From: Iphione sp. A-MEVVRFRX5
Lineage: Eukaryota
Assembly (NCBI GenBank): GCA_976226885.1
Contig: OZ320320.1
Location: 10,912,001 to 10,976,000, forward strand
Reading direction: 5' to 3'
DNA: 64,000 nt
Positions 12,401 through 23,970 of the stretch are shown piece by piece. Both the position numbers and the translations under genes were made by a program. The notes below the pieces were generated by a model. That model made no database searches, was not told the DNA's origin, and saw nothing but the letters and a program-made list of their open reading frames with translations. Within the stretch, counting starts at the first letter, position 1. Every line of letters starts with the position of its first letter.

Positions 12401-12874
12401 CGTTATTAGAGTGGCATAGTAGCCCAGTGGAACTCCCTCTGAATGCTTAGGGAGACAAGGTAAGAGGGGCGAACTCGTACCACGTCTCTCTGAATGACTA
12501 GTTATAACGGGCATCACTCTGTGGCTGTGTAGCGCAATACTCAAGTAGAAACGATCGATAACATAGCAATATTTCCATAGTAAGCCTGGTGAAAATATGC
12601 CTTGTACTCTTTTCAAAATAGAGTGAATATCCTAGATAAACATGTACATGCAACCATCCACTCCCCCGTGACAGAGTTTGACATATGACAAAATTAGCTA
12701 TTACAATAGTGATATAAATTCTGGACACATACAGACACCGTCAGCAACCATTCCTAGGAAGATCAGACCAGCTCTGTCTTATCTTTGTCTTCAGAATGAG
12801 CCCTGGTAAGACACAGAGACTTAAATATGAATCTTTCTCTCTACTTGAATGAAACCAATTTACATATCCAGCTC

Positions 12875-13250
12875 AGGTTAGTAGTTGCTCACTCAGTACA
12901 ACCATATCTAGGCCAGGTTAGTAGTTGCTCACTCAGTACAACCATATCTAGGCCAGGTTAGTAGTCGCTCACTCAGTACAACCATATCTAGGCCAGGTGA
13001 GTAGTTGTTCACTCAGTACAACCATATCTAGGCCAGGTTAGTAGTTGCTCACTCAGTACAACCATATCTAGGCCAGGTTAGTAGTTGCTCACTCAGTACA
13101 ACCATATCTAGGCCAGGTGAGTAGTTGTTCACTCAGTACAACCATATCTAGGCCAGGTGAGTAGTTGTTCACTCAGTACAACCATATCTAGCCCAGGTTA
13201 GCAGTCGCTCACTCAGTACAACCATATCTAGCCCAGGTTAGCAGTCATTT
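12875..13250. repeat. 40-bp minisatellite, about 9 copies
   Basis: ACCATATCTA recurs every 40 nt from 12901. Confidence 0.95.
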
Positions 13251-13429
13251 AATCCGTGCAACAGTAGAGTAAGCAGCAGTGTTTAGGTTGAACTGAGAAC
13301 TCGGGTCTGTCTTATTCGTTGTTGAAGGAAGCAAAGCATAACTTCAGTGTTCTCCCCCATCTAGTCACGCAGATGGCATACAAGTGACATTTTGTTGTCC
13401 TGCAACCCTCTTTTTACACTAAACACCTG

Positions 13430-13790
13430 GTCCAACTTTATGCACCTGTGATCCTCCAGCCATCCACCTACACAACCACCTTGCCCTAACCTTGTGGACC
13501 TGTGATCCTCCAGCCATCCATCTACACAGCCACCTTGTCCTAACCTTGTGGAGTTGTGATCCTCCAGCCATCCATCTACACAGCCACCTTGTCCTAACCT
13601 TGTGGACTTGTGATCCTCCAGCCATCCATCTACACAGCCACCTTGTCCTAACCTTGTGGACCTGTGATCCTCCAGCCATCCATCTACACAGCCACCTTGT
13701 CCTAACCTTGTGGACCTGTGATCCTCCAGCCATCCATCTACACAGCCACCTGTCCTAACCTTGTGGAGTTGTGATCCTCCAGCCTTCTGT
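13430..13790. repeat. 54-bp minisatellite, about 6.5 copies
   Basis: Unit CCTGTGATCCTCCAGCCATCCATCTACACAGCCACCTTGTCCTAACCTTGTGGA. Confidence 0.95.
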
Positions 13791-14304
13791 CTTGACAACC
13801 ACCTGTCCCAATGTTGACCATCTGTCAACTCTGAAACCAGTAGAGAGACTTTTTTCTGCACCTTGGTCAGTCCTTATGCTTGCTAGGATCTAAATTTGAT
13901 GCACCTGACTTGAAGACAGGAGGAATTTTCAAATTAGCTTTTTTAAAGAATTCACTCGTCAGCGGAATCAGCACGTTGTCTTGGGGGGAGACGAAAACGT
14001 CACATTTTCTATAGTAAATATGCCACCAGGTGAGGGCGAACACACATCCAGAATATTTCTAACAGGTTTTGGGACTTTGGGGCTATTTTTCAACTGCCGC
14101 CAGCATAGAAAACCAAATAAAATGATGTAAATGCTAAAATGGCATGTGCCATATATTTGGAAATCGTCATCCAGTCCTCAGCCTCGTTAATTCAATGTCA
14201 TCACGGAAATGGAGATGGAACCGAAGAACCTAAACTACATTAGGCACATTACAACAGGACCCCATCTTAGGAGACCACAGTGCCAGTCATCATGCAGCCT
14301 AAAG

Positions 14305-14508
14305 GGGTGCCAGTCCGAATGGCCTGTGTAACTCATGGCTGGGTTTATATGGCCGGGGTGGTCGGTCAATATGGCCAGCAGTGGTTATTAGGGTTAGGAT
14401 TAGGGTTAGGGTTAGCCATATTTACAGAAAAATACCGGCCATAAACGACCATGGGCAGCCATATAGATCATCGGCCATTAAGACTGATGGCCATTGCAAC
14501 CGTCATTC
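14305..14508. mobile_element. 204-bp insertion with central telomere-like TTAGGG repeats and an 8-bp flanking direct repeat
   Basis: GCCTAAAG at 14297-14304 and 14509-14516; ATGGCC-like motifs in the left half and GGCCAT-like motifs in the right half; TTAGGG/TTAGGA run at about 14388-14414. Confidence 0.6.
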
Positions 14509-16189
14509 GCCTAAAGTAAGGCAGCAACACGACTGAGACTAGACTACCATGCAGTAGTTGGACGTGTTTGAAGGCCAAATGTCGAGCGTAGTCCAACCAA
14601 GCTCATCATCGAGCGTGTACCACCACTGCCTGGTGGTACAGTCGGACGTCCGCAATGCTACCACGTCCCAGCTGTGGACTAAGAACAGCCAGAATTCCTA
14701 TAGATAACATAATTATATACGACCCGACGCATTCAAACAGGACCGTGGGGTTCGCTCCTCGTCCCCCTGCGGACAAGGTGTTTTCTCTATTGTTCCAGGC
14801 ATCCCAGAACTACTGCACACTCTCCACGTACTCCCTTGCCCGACTGAAGTCGTCAAATGGTACAAGTCACCTTGTCTCCTCGCAATCATTCCCTCAAGCC
14901 TGCCAACACGTACCCCACTAGTTGCATCACACCTATCTCACATACTACTACCAGCATATCTTCAAACGCGACACGTCCAAAATGGGGACGGTTTGACTCG
15001 CAGGGAAGGGTGTCCGGTTTGGGAACGTCAGACTGCATTGCCTGTATTCCAGGCATTTTCATTTAAAAATGGGGTTTCTTCTTATTATATCATATTTTTG
15101 GTTAAAAAATGAACAAGTCCGCCATTTGCAGTTGTATGTATATTGCATGCGTGCAGTAGACGCTTGACCAGTGCGGATGCTGGTATTTTAGTCCCACATG
15201 AGCATGCAGTAAGTTTAGACTTGATCAATCATCGTATCAATAAAGGAAGCTACGAAGTGATTACTACGATAATTTGGATTTTTTAAAAATGTATTTTTTT
15301 GTGCATTAAAAATGATTCAATAAGCAGGATACCAAAATAGCACATCTATATCGATGAAGATCTCATGGAAGATCCCTTACTGTCTGACTCTAATAGGCGA
15401 ATACAAGTGCATATTACAAATTACAATGTACTAAATTTTTTTGGTCTTTTTCTATATTACATTGTTTGCATGCTGTTATTTGTGTTCCCTTCATTGCACA
15501 ACTATCATATTTATAAGTCATTATTAAGTACTGACTGTTACCTAATTGATTGATCACTGAGTGCTGAGAAGTCATCCCTATAAAATGCTAATGAAATAAG
15601 CACTTTGCGTTTTACTGATTCCCGGAAGACGTAAAAAGTACAAGTTGGACAATGTCCAGGCCCCCCAGCGATTGGTCCATTCTTTATGACCTGGATGCAT
15701 ACATAGTTTTGCATTATGTCCGATCCAGAAATGAATATGAAAATTGATGTCGGTGTAACCAGTGCCCATTTATCCTAATTCCCCGATACATTTGTAGTGT
15801 GAGAAATCATTTTACTCAGTATTATTTTAGTTCATCTGAGCCCAAACTGTCCGCCAACCAATGCATTATCTCCAGCCCTTGTTTTCCCCTCATGTGTTAA
15901 CATTTTTGAAAACTTTTTACGAGTAAGTTCTGCAAGTCAACTGGCGAATCTCCCTGTGGGGGCCGTAGAGCGGTTCAGTGCCTTATAAATCATTCAGAAA
16001 GCGCCCGTTTTTGTAGCGTGTTTACATGGAAGGGCGTAGTCTCTGCAACTGGGGATGACCCGGAACCACATACATATATTGAAGAATTCAGACGTTCTTG
16101 AGGAAACCATACAATACAGACAACACAAGATCAGACATCAGAATATATAATCCAAACTTCTAAAGGATATGTCCAGTATTTAATTATGA

Positions 16190-16740
16190 ACTCCTCTTCC
16201 TGAATCACACCTTTACCTGTGTTTCCTCTTCCTGAATCACACCTTTACTGGTGTTTCCTCTGGCTGAATCACACCTTTACTGGTGTTTCCTCTTCCTGAG
16301 TCACACCTTTACTGGTGTTTCCTCTTCCTGAATCACACCTTTACCTGTGTTTCCTCTTCTTGAATCACACCTTTACTGATGTTTCCTCTGGCTGAATCAC
16401 ACCTTTACCTGTGTTTCCTCTGGCTGAATCACACACCTTTACCTACATTTCCTCTGGCTGAATCACACACCTTACATGTGTTTCTTCTGGCAGGAGTCAC
16501 ACTTTTTACCTGTGTTTCCTCTGGCTGAATCACACCTTTACTAGTGTTACCTTTGGCTTAGTTGCACCGTTACCTGTGTTTCCTCTTCCTGAGTCACACC
16601 TTTATCAGTGTTTCCTCTGGCCGAATCACACCTTTACCTGTGTTTCCTCTTCCTGAGTCACACCTTTATCAGTGTTTCCTCTAGCTGAATCACACCTTTA
16701 CCTGTGTTTCCTCTGGCTAAGTCACACCTTTACCTGTGTT
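16190..16740. repeat. 32-bp minisatellite, left segment (resumes at 18245-18500)
   Basis: Unit AATCACACCTTTACCTGTGTTTCCTCTTCCTG; the same unit reappears after the LINE cluster. Confidence 0.9.
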
Positions 16741-16899
16741 TATTATTTTTTTAATTTGAAAAGGTATCTGACATGTGGGCCTTGGCTATAGCTGGTTTCC
16801 AGCCCAACAAAAGCACATATTACATAGTTTATTTATGTATACATGTATACCTTTAGCAATGACCTCGTTTTAAAACCATAGTTAACATTTGTTGTTTTG

Positions 16900-17400
16900 A
16901 TTTTTTTTATTGCTTTAAAACAGCAATTCGGCATCAACCAGGGGCTGGTTTCCAGCCGGTGCTGTGTGGTACATTGTTCAGACTGGAGAGCAGCAACATT
17001 TGCTTAAATTTCTCTATTTGATTAAACCAGGCCAGGTAGTCTTTATTGTACATCTAGATAATTCCCAGTTATGTTAGGAAAGATTAATTTCCTTGTTCTT
17101 CCATTTCTGGACTATTTCTGTTTTGAAGCTGTGTATGATGTTTCTGGTGTCATAATGTGTTACATGTAGTTTGGATATGTTGCATCTTTTGATAATTCTA
17201 CAATGTGTGGTCTTTGAAATATGTGTGTTATGGGCATCTGGTGGATGTTTGAATTTGTCTGCGTAGTTGTCCCTTAGATCATAGACATTGTCTTGTGGTT
17301 CAAAGTGTTGTTGTATGTATTGTGGTTGGATTCTTAAAGAAGGCCTTGTAACCCTGGATGAGTAAATGCATGATCATTCCAGTATATAAGGCATTTTACT
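16900..17400 (-). mobile_element. 5'-truncated LINE of the same family as 1-1015
   Basis: Reads HLLIQGYKAFFK...YDLRDNYADKF...HISKTTHCRII...HSFKTEIVQKWKN, matching the C-terminus of ORF 30-749; tail hairpin at 16931-16960 and poly(T) near 16900. Confidence 0.85.
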
Positions 17401-17539
17401 ACATATATCCTACTAATTATAATGGATTGCTCATGCAATCACTGTAACAATTATCATTACTATAGAAATTCTATACAAACAATTAATAACATAAAAAAAC
17501 AGTATTAACATAGATCTTTGGTCAGCTTAACATGGTACC

Positions 17540-17640
17540 TTTACCCTGACGAAGGGTGCACTAGACACCTGAAAGCTTGTGGCACAAGGTTCTATAACAC
17601 TACTAGTTGGATTGTTGCCATTAAAGCATTTTTGAACTGT
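17540..17640 (+). mobile_element. Penelope-like terminal-repeat fragment with hammerhead-like core
   Basis: CTGACGA (17546-17552), stem GGGTG/CACCT, GAAA (17571-17574), GCTTG, then GTTGG...ATTAAA: the layout known from Penelope termini. Confidence 0.55.
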
Positions 17641-17699
17641 TTCTCATTGTTTTCAGCCTTTATCTCATTTATTAGTCTCTTTACAAAATAAATTAGTAC

Positions 17700-18243
17700 A
17701 TCGATACTAATATAATAAAAATACTACACTATATTATTTATATCACCCATTGTCAATTGGCCTCAATTTATGCCAATTTGCTTTTACTTTCTCCTTGAAA
17801 CTTTTAACTCTTTCATAATCTCTCGAGTACATTTTACAATTATTCCATGCAGAGATTGATTTTACAGAACTTATTCCTGGTATAGGCCCCTTACATTTTT
17901 TGGGAAATTCAAACAATTCACACACATATTTCTAAGTACATAAGTATTGTTGAAACAAAGGTAATATACCGATAGTAGCCTTGTATGCATATATTAATTG
18001 ATGAAACAGTATTGTATCTTTAATTGTCATCAGATTGTTGGATTTCAGTACTTGCTCAGTATTAGTCAATATATTAACATCTAAGGCTCTTTTTGCTGAA
18101 CGTGCAAACATTCTCTGTAGTTGATATACTAGGGCCGTTTTTAGATCATTTATATATAAAATAAGCAATAAAGGTCCCAAAACCAATCCCTAAGGGACTC
18201 CTATAACCACATCATGCAGTACAGAAATTCAAGCAAAGTCATC
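17700..18243 (-). mobile_element. Internally deleted CR1/L2-group LINE RT fragment (its tail probably at 16745-16870)
   Basis: IGVP*GLVLGPLLLILYINDL jumps directly to the C-terminal YKATIGILP region; resembles the 26620-28212 RT type. Confidence 0.75.
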
Positions 18244-18244
18244 T

Positions 18245-18500
18245 TTATTCTGGCAGGAGTCACACCTTTACCTGTGTTTATTCTGGCAGGAGTCACACCT
18301 TTACCTGTGTTTATTCTGGCTGAGTCACACCTTTACCTGTGCTTATTCAGGCTGAGACGCACCTTTACCTGTAGATATTCTGGCTAAATCACACCTTTTA
18401 CCTGTGTTTCCTTGGGCTCAATCACCCCTTACTCAGCATTTGTTCTGGCTGGGTCACAACTTTACCGTGTCTCTTCTTGGCAGGTCAAAGCTTTACTAGT
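18245..18500. repeat. 32-bp-family minisatellite, right segment
   Basis: TCACACCTTTACCTGTG core shared with 16190-16740. Confidence 0.85.
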
Positions 18501-18529
18501 GTCTCCAGAGATGTGACAGCCACACTGTA

Positions 18530-19370
18530 CTACCCAGGTGTGTGTGAGTATCCACACTCTACTACTCAGGCGTGTGTGAGTATCCACACTCTACTACTCA
18601 GGCGTGTGTGAGAGTATCCACACTCTACTTTGTAGGTGTGTGAGAATATCCACACTCTACTACTTACCCAGGTGTGTGTGAGTATCCACACCCTACTTCC
18701 CAGGTGTGTGTGGGAGTATCCACTCTGTACTACCCAGGTGTGTGAGAGTATCCACACTGTACTACTCAGGCATGTGTGAATATCCACACCTTACTATGTA
18801 GGTGTGTGAGAGTATCCACACTGTACTACCTACCCAGGTGTGTGAGAGTATCCACACTGTACTACCTACCCAGGTGTGACAGCCACACTCTACTACTCAG
18901 GTGTGTGAGAGTTTCCACACTCTACTACCTACCCAGGTGTGTGAGAGTATCCACACTCTACTACCTACCCAGGTGTGTGAGAGTATCCACTCTACTACCT
19001 ACCCAGGTGTGACAGCCACACTCTACTACTCAGGTGTGTGAGAGTATCCACACTCTACTACCTACCCAGGTGTGTGAGAGTATCCACACTCTACTACCTA
19101 CCCAGGTGTGACAGCCACACTCTACTACTCAGGTGTGTGAGAGAGTATCCGCTCTCTACTACCCAGGTGTGAGAGAGTATCCACACATGTGTGTGATCCA
19201 CACTCATGTATGTGATCTAACCACACACTACTATCCAGGTATGTGTTATCCACCCACACACTACTAGCCAGGTATGTGTTATCCACCCTCACTGTATGAC
19301 CCAGGTATGTGTTATCCACCCACATTCTATTACTCAGGTGTGTCAGCCATCCACAGTCAGGTGTATGCAG
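18530..19370. repeat. About 30-35-bp minisatellite (CCAGGTGTGTGAGAGTATCCACACTCTACTAC)
   Basis: More than 20 variable copies seen directly. Confidence 0.9.
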
Positions 19371-20253
19371 CAAGTGAACCATCAATATGTGATCCTTGAT
19401 CATCATTCTATGTAGGCCTGAGACACTATACTACCCAGATTTAATTGCCTTATTACGTGGCAATTTGAGGTGTGGTGGTGATGAGTCGGTACACTGCGTT
19501 GTTAGGCAATAGCTCGAGATGTGGCGGTAGGTACCTTGCCTTGTTACACCCGACATTTTGAGAAGTATTGGTGGTGAACTTTTGTCCAGGGACCATCTGA
19601 GCTCTCCCGCTGTGTAACAGCCGGTTTCCTTGTGACCCGATTGCGTGGCCCGGACGATCTGGAAGCTAAGAATTCTGCCGACGGCTCAACCCAGTTTATG
19701 GATTGTTTCTATTGCTGTAATTCCCTCTAATCCGGGATAAACCCAGGTTGAGCACCTTACACGCCCTTAATACCGCTTAGTCTACTGCTCCGAGGTGGAA
19801 CGTCCTCCAAGTGGGCTGTAATTAACAATGGCTCATCAGTCGGTTCAGCGTAACCCGCGCGAGGTTTAAGGCCGGGCGGGGGGGGGGGGGGGAGCGCACC
19901 TAAACATACAGCAAAGCACGTACAGCTAACACACACTAAAGGTAATACTGATTCTTTGTCACTTCTTCACGTAGTTCCTACATATCAGTTTGATTAAACT
20001 GTGTACTTTATGGGCAACTGGATGATCAGAGTAGAGGACAAAAGCAACCTTTGTTGACTCAGGTTCAATCAGATAAATAATACGTTTATGATAAAACTGT
20101 GATATACATGCAGACTAAAAACCTCGACACTATACAGTCGCCATCTTCCCGAGCAAAAGTGGCCGCAATAGCCTGTTCATCCAAAGTCTGATGACTTTCA
20201 AAGATTGTCAGTGTACCCTCACAGTGGGCACTGGCCACCATACCACCCTCCCT

Positions 20254-20254
<1 letters not shown>

Positions 20255-20296
<42 letters not shown>
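20255..20296. repeat. (CAG)14 microsatellite
   Basis: Counted directly. Confidence 0.95.
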
Positions 20297-20298
<2 letters not shown>

Positions 20299-20479
20299 GC
20301 CATCAGCCTTATGGCAGCGGTGCGCATGCACATGCTCCTCCAGTGCTGGGAAACCATCAGGATCCTCTGGTAAGACCCACAAAGAATTAACCTCCAGTGG
20401 GTTTTAGCGGGATACTTAGTGAATCAGTTTGATGTTTGGGAATGACTTATGTTGGACCTACAAATTGTTTCAGGTATTA

Positions 20480-21100
20480 TGTTGGAGATTGGTTCCAGTC
20501 AACACTTCGAAAATTTTTTCACCTGTTACAAATTTTTGATATTGCAAAGAATCAGATTGATGCTGTGGTAGGGGAATTGCTTCAGCAGGGAATCACAGTC
20601 CATGAGCACCCACCCTTACCCTTCCAATCCAGAATTGTACATGTCGCAAACCTTATGGATCAAAAATCCATCCTGATTGGCAGAAATATTTGGCATTTAC
20701 CTGGAACTGTTGTTCGTTCTGCTACAAGGTAACACTTTAAGCTGAGCGTCAGCACCTAGGCTCTTCACAAAGCTCCTTAAGCCAGTCTGTACTTCTTTAC
20801 ATGAACAAGACCGTGGCATACAAGCCTGCTTGGATGACCTGCTGGTGGCAGCTCCTCCACCTGCAGTTTGCTCTGAACTAACCGCCTATCTAAGCTAGGT
20901 TTCACGATACATTGGAACAGATTATCTTTGATTCCAGTGTAGCAAATTGTGTTCGTAGGGTATTAACTACATTTAACCAAATTTATAATCACACCAACTC
21001 CACAAAAATCAACAATGTCACTCTGTGCATTGAAGAAGTTCTCAAAGGTTCTACCTTCTCCACCAGGCATATTACTTCATTGATTGTTTTAACCAGAGTT
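20480..21100 (-). mobile_element. Possible decayed DIRS-type retrotransposon pol fragment
   Basis: With frameshifts: GRTFENF...VTLLIFVELGVIINLVKCS*YPTNTICYTGI (cf. ELGFIINLEKS-L-PTQ-I-FLG) and FPYHSINLIL (cf. FPPFSLI). Catalytic YxDD not visible. Confidence 0.4.
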
Positions 21101-21189
21101 GCTCAGAATGGTTTGGGACATACTTCGAGACAGATTCATGGGAGTCTTATTCACCATGCCCTGAAGCTAGGGTTACAACAGAACTGTGA

Positions 21190-21730
21190 ATGGTGGTAGG
21201 AACTGTTAGAACTGTAAACAGCAGTAGGGACCCTTAGGACTGTGAACAGTAGGGACTGTTAGGACTGTAAACAGTGGTAAGACTGTTAGGACTGTGAACA
21301 ACAGTAGGACTGGTTAGGACTATGAACAATGGTAGGACTGTTAGGACTGTCAAAAACAGTAGGGACTGTTAGGACTGTGAACAGTGGAAGGACTGTGAAC
21401 AACAGTAGGGACTCTTGGGTCTGTGAAGAGTGGTAGGAACTCTTAGGACTGTGAACAACAGTAGGGACTGTTAGGACCATTAACAGTGGTAGGACTGTTA
21501 GGACTGTGAACAACAGTAGGGACTGTTAGGACTGCGAACAGTGGTAGGAACTGTTAGGACTGCAAACAGTGGTAAAGTCTGTTAAGACTGAAGAGCAGTA
21601 GGACTGTTAGGACTATGAACAGTAGTGGGAAGTGTAAGGACTGTGATGACAGGAGCTGTTAGGACTGTGAACAGGGGTCGGGACCTTTAAGACTTTGAAC
21701 AGCAGTAGGGACTGTTAAAATGTGAACAAT
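21190..21730. repeat. Degenerate 20-30-bp tandem repeat (GGACTGTTAGGACTGTGAACAGT core)
   Basis: Seen directly. Confidence 0.85.
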
Positions 21731-22189
21731 GATGGGTCTGTCCACAATCCACAAAAAATATGTTTCTTTTCGGACATTTCTTAATATTTATTTTCAGCAG
21801 CATATATCATCAGCCAAAGCAGGCAAATCAAGGACACGTTTAGGGTAGAAGCAGGCCTGCTGTATCCCTTTATATAGACTCTGTTCGCTGTTCCGCACAT
21901 TCCCCTTTATGGACAGTTTGTTGTAGTTCAAGTACTTTTATAAGTTGACACTATGATGAGTGTGTACTGTGTATGATGAATATGCACTGTGTATGATGAA
22001 TGTGTACTGTATGACATGTATGTACTGTGTATAATGAGTGTGAACTGTGTATGATGTGTGTACTGTGTAATCTCTTAGTCTGTCCATCCATATGGTCACT
22101 CTTTGTCTCTTTAGTGTTGATATATATATATATATATATATATTAGTGCTGATTATCATTATAATGTGCACCCCAACTAAGTACATTTG

Positions 22190-23025
22190 ACCAGGTCACA
22201 CCATAACCCAGGTCATACCATAATGCAATTCTCACTATAGCCAAGTCACACCATAGCCCAGGTCTCACCATAGCCAAGTCGCACCATAACCCCAGTTGCA
22301 CCATAGCCCCGGTCATACCATAACCTAGGTCTCACCATAGCCCCGGTCTCACCATAGCCAAGTCTCACCATGACCCAGGTCTCCCCATAACCTAGGTATT
22401 ACCATAACCCAGGTTGCACCATAGCCCCGGTCGTACCATAACCTAGGTCTCACCATAGCCCCGGTCTCACCATAGCCAAGTCTCACCATGACCCAGGTCT
22501 CCCCATAACCTAGGTATTACCATAACCCAGGTTGCACCATAGCCCCGGTCGTACCATAACCTAGGTCTCACCATAGCCCCGGTCTCACCATAGCCAAGTC
22601 TCACCATGACCCAGGTCTCCCCATAACCTAGGTATTACCATAACCCAGGTTGCACCATAGCCCCGGTCGTACCATAACCTAGGTCTCACCATAGCCCCGG
22701 TCTCACCCTAGCCAAGTCTCACCATGACCCAGGTCTCCCCATAACCTAGGTATTACCATAACCCAGGTTGCACCATAGCCCCGGTCGTACCATAACCTAG
22801 ATCTCACCATAGCCCCGGTCTCACCATAGCCAAGTCTCACCATGACCCAGGTCTCCCCATAACCTAGGTATTACCATAACCCAGGTCGCACCATAGCCCC
22901 GGTCGTACCATAACCTAGGTCTCACCATAGCCCCAGTCTCATCATAGCCAAGTCTCACCATGACCCAGGTCTCCCCATAACCTAGGTATTACCATAACCC
23001 AGGTCACACCATAGCCCCGGTCGTA
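22190..23025. repeat. 17-bp monomer array with a 118-bp (7-mer) higher-order repeat
   Basis: CTCCCCATAA at 22381, 22499, 22617, 22735, 22853 and 22971 (spacing 118 = 6x17+16). Confidence 0.95.
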
Positions 23026-23141
23026 CGGTGGACAATTGGTCTCAGGTATCTGGGACAGATGTGTGTGACCCTCGTTAGACAAGGCTAGGAGTTGAGTAGC
23101 ACGCCACGTGATCTGACAGTATTTTCATATCTTCCCTGAAG

Positions 23142-23378
23142 ATGGCAGCGCATACCGGCCGTGGAGGCGCCGGAAGTGGCGGTGGCGGTGGTACGCGTTC
23201 CGGAAGTGCGGACAACACGTCGCCGGTGCCTCACACGCGGATCGAGGACGAGCGGATGATTGAGCGGGAGTATGACATGGGCCGGAAACTGGGGCAGGGC
23301 AGCTTCGGTATCGTCCGCGAGGTGCGCCACCGTGCCAACGACGAGACATGGGCCTGCAAGCAGGTCAACAAGGAGAAG
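23142..23378 (+). CDS. STK33: STK33 kinase exon (Gly-rich N-terminus, glycine loop LGQGSFG, WACK lysine)
   Basis: VPHTRIEDERMIEREYDMGRKLGQGSFGIV...KQVNKEK matches STK33 (VPHTRIE...KVNKEK); donor AAG|GTAAGT, phase 0. Confidence 0.95.
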
Positions 23379-23529
23379 GTAAGTGTATTGAAGGTATCGG
23401 AGTCGGTATGCTTGTGCATGTCATGTATAAATGTGGTATGAGGCCAGCAAAAAGAAACTAGAGTACTGCATTTAATACTGTATGTTGCTGTGTGTGTGGG
23501 TGTTTGTGGTGGGGGAGGGCTCAATGGGC

Positions 23530-23970
23530 TGGGCGTGAATGTGTCCAGATGTACACGTGTAAGTGTGTGAGGAGGTATGACCCTGCAAGCTGGGCAGTGA
23601 AGAGGGGTTTGTACATGTATAAGTGTGTGAAGAGGCGTGGTTGTGCAGGTTGGGCAGTGAAGGGGGGTGTGTACATGTGTGTGTGAACAGGCATGGTCTT
23701 ACAAGCTGGGCAGTGAAGAGGGACGTGCACACGTGTAAATGTCTGAGGAGGTGTGGTCTTACAAGCTGGGCAGTGAAGAGGGAGGTGTACACGTGTAAAT
23801 GTCTGAGGAGGTGTGGTCATGCAAGCTGGGCAGTGAAGAGAGACGTATACACGTGTAAATGTCTTGAGGAGGTGTGGTCTTACAAGCTGGGCAGTGAAGA
23901 GGGACATGTACATGTGTAAGTGTGTGGAATGGCGTGGCCATGGCAGCTGGGCAGTGAAGAGGGGCATGTC
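23530..23970. repeat. 60-61-bp minisatellite
   Basis: CAAGCTGGGCAGTGAAGAG recurs at about 60-nt spacing. Confidence 0.9.

Noticed and set aside
14870-14900. TCTCCTCGC, resembling an HDV L3 loop
   Set aside because: No P1 partner upstream and no GG for P1.1 afterwards.
16190-16740. CRISPR-like regular 32-bp spacing (also 27-40-bp arrays elsewhere)
   Set aside because: Units are head-to-tail with no unique spacers, there are no cas genes, and the context is a spliced animal gene.
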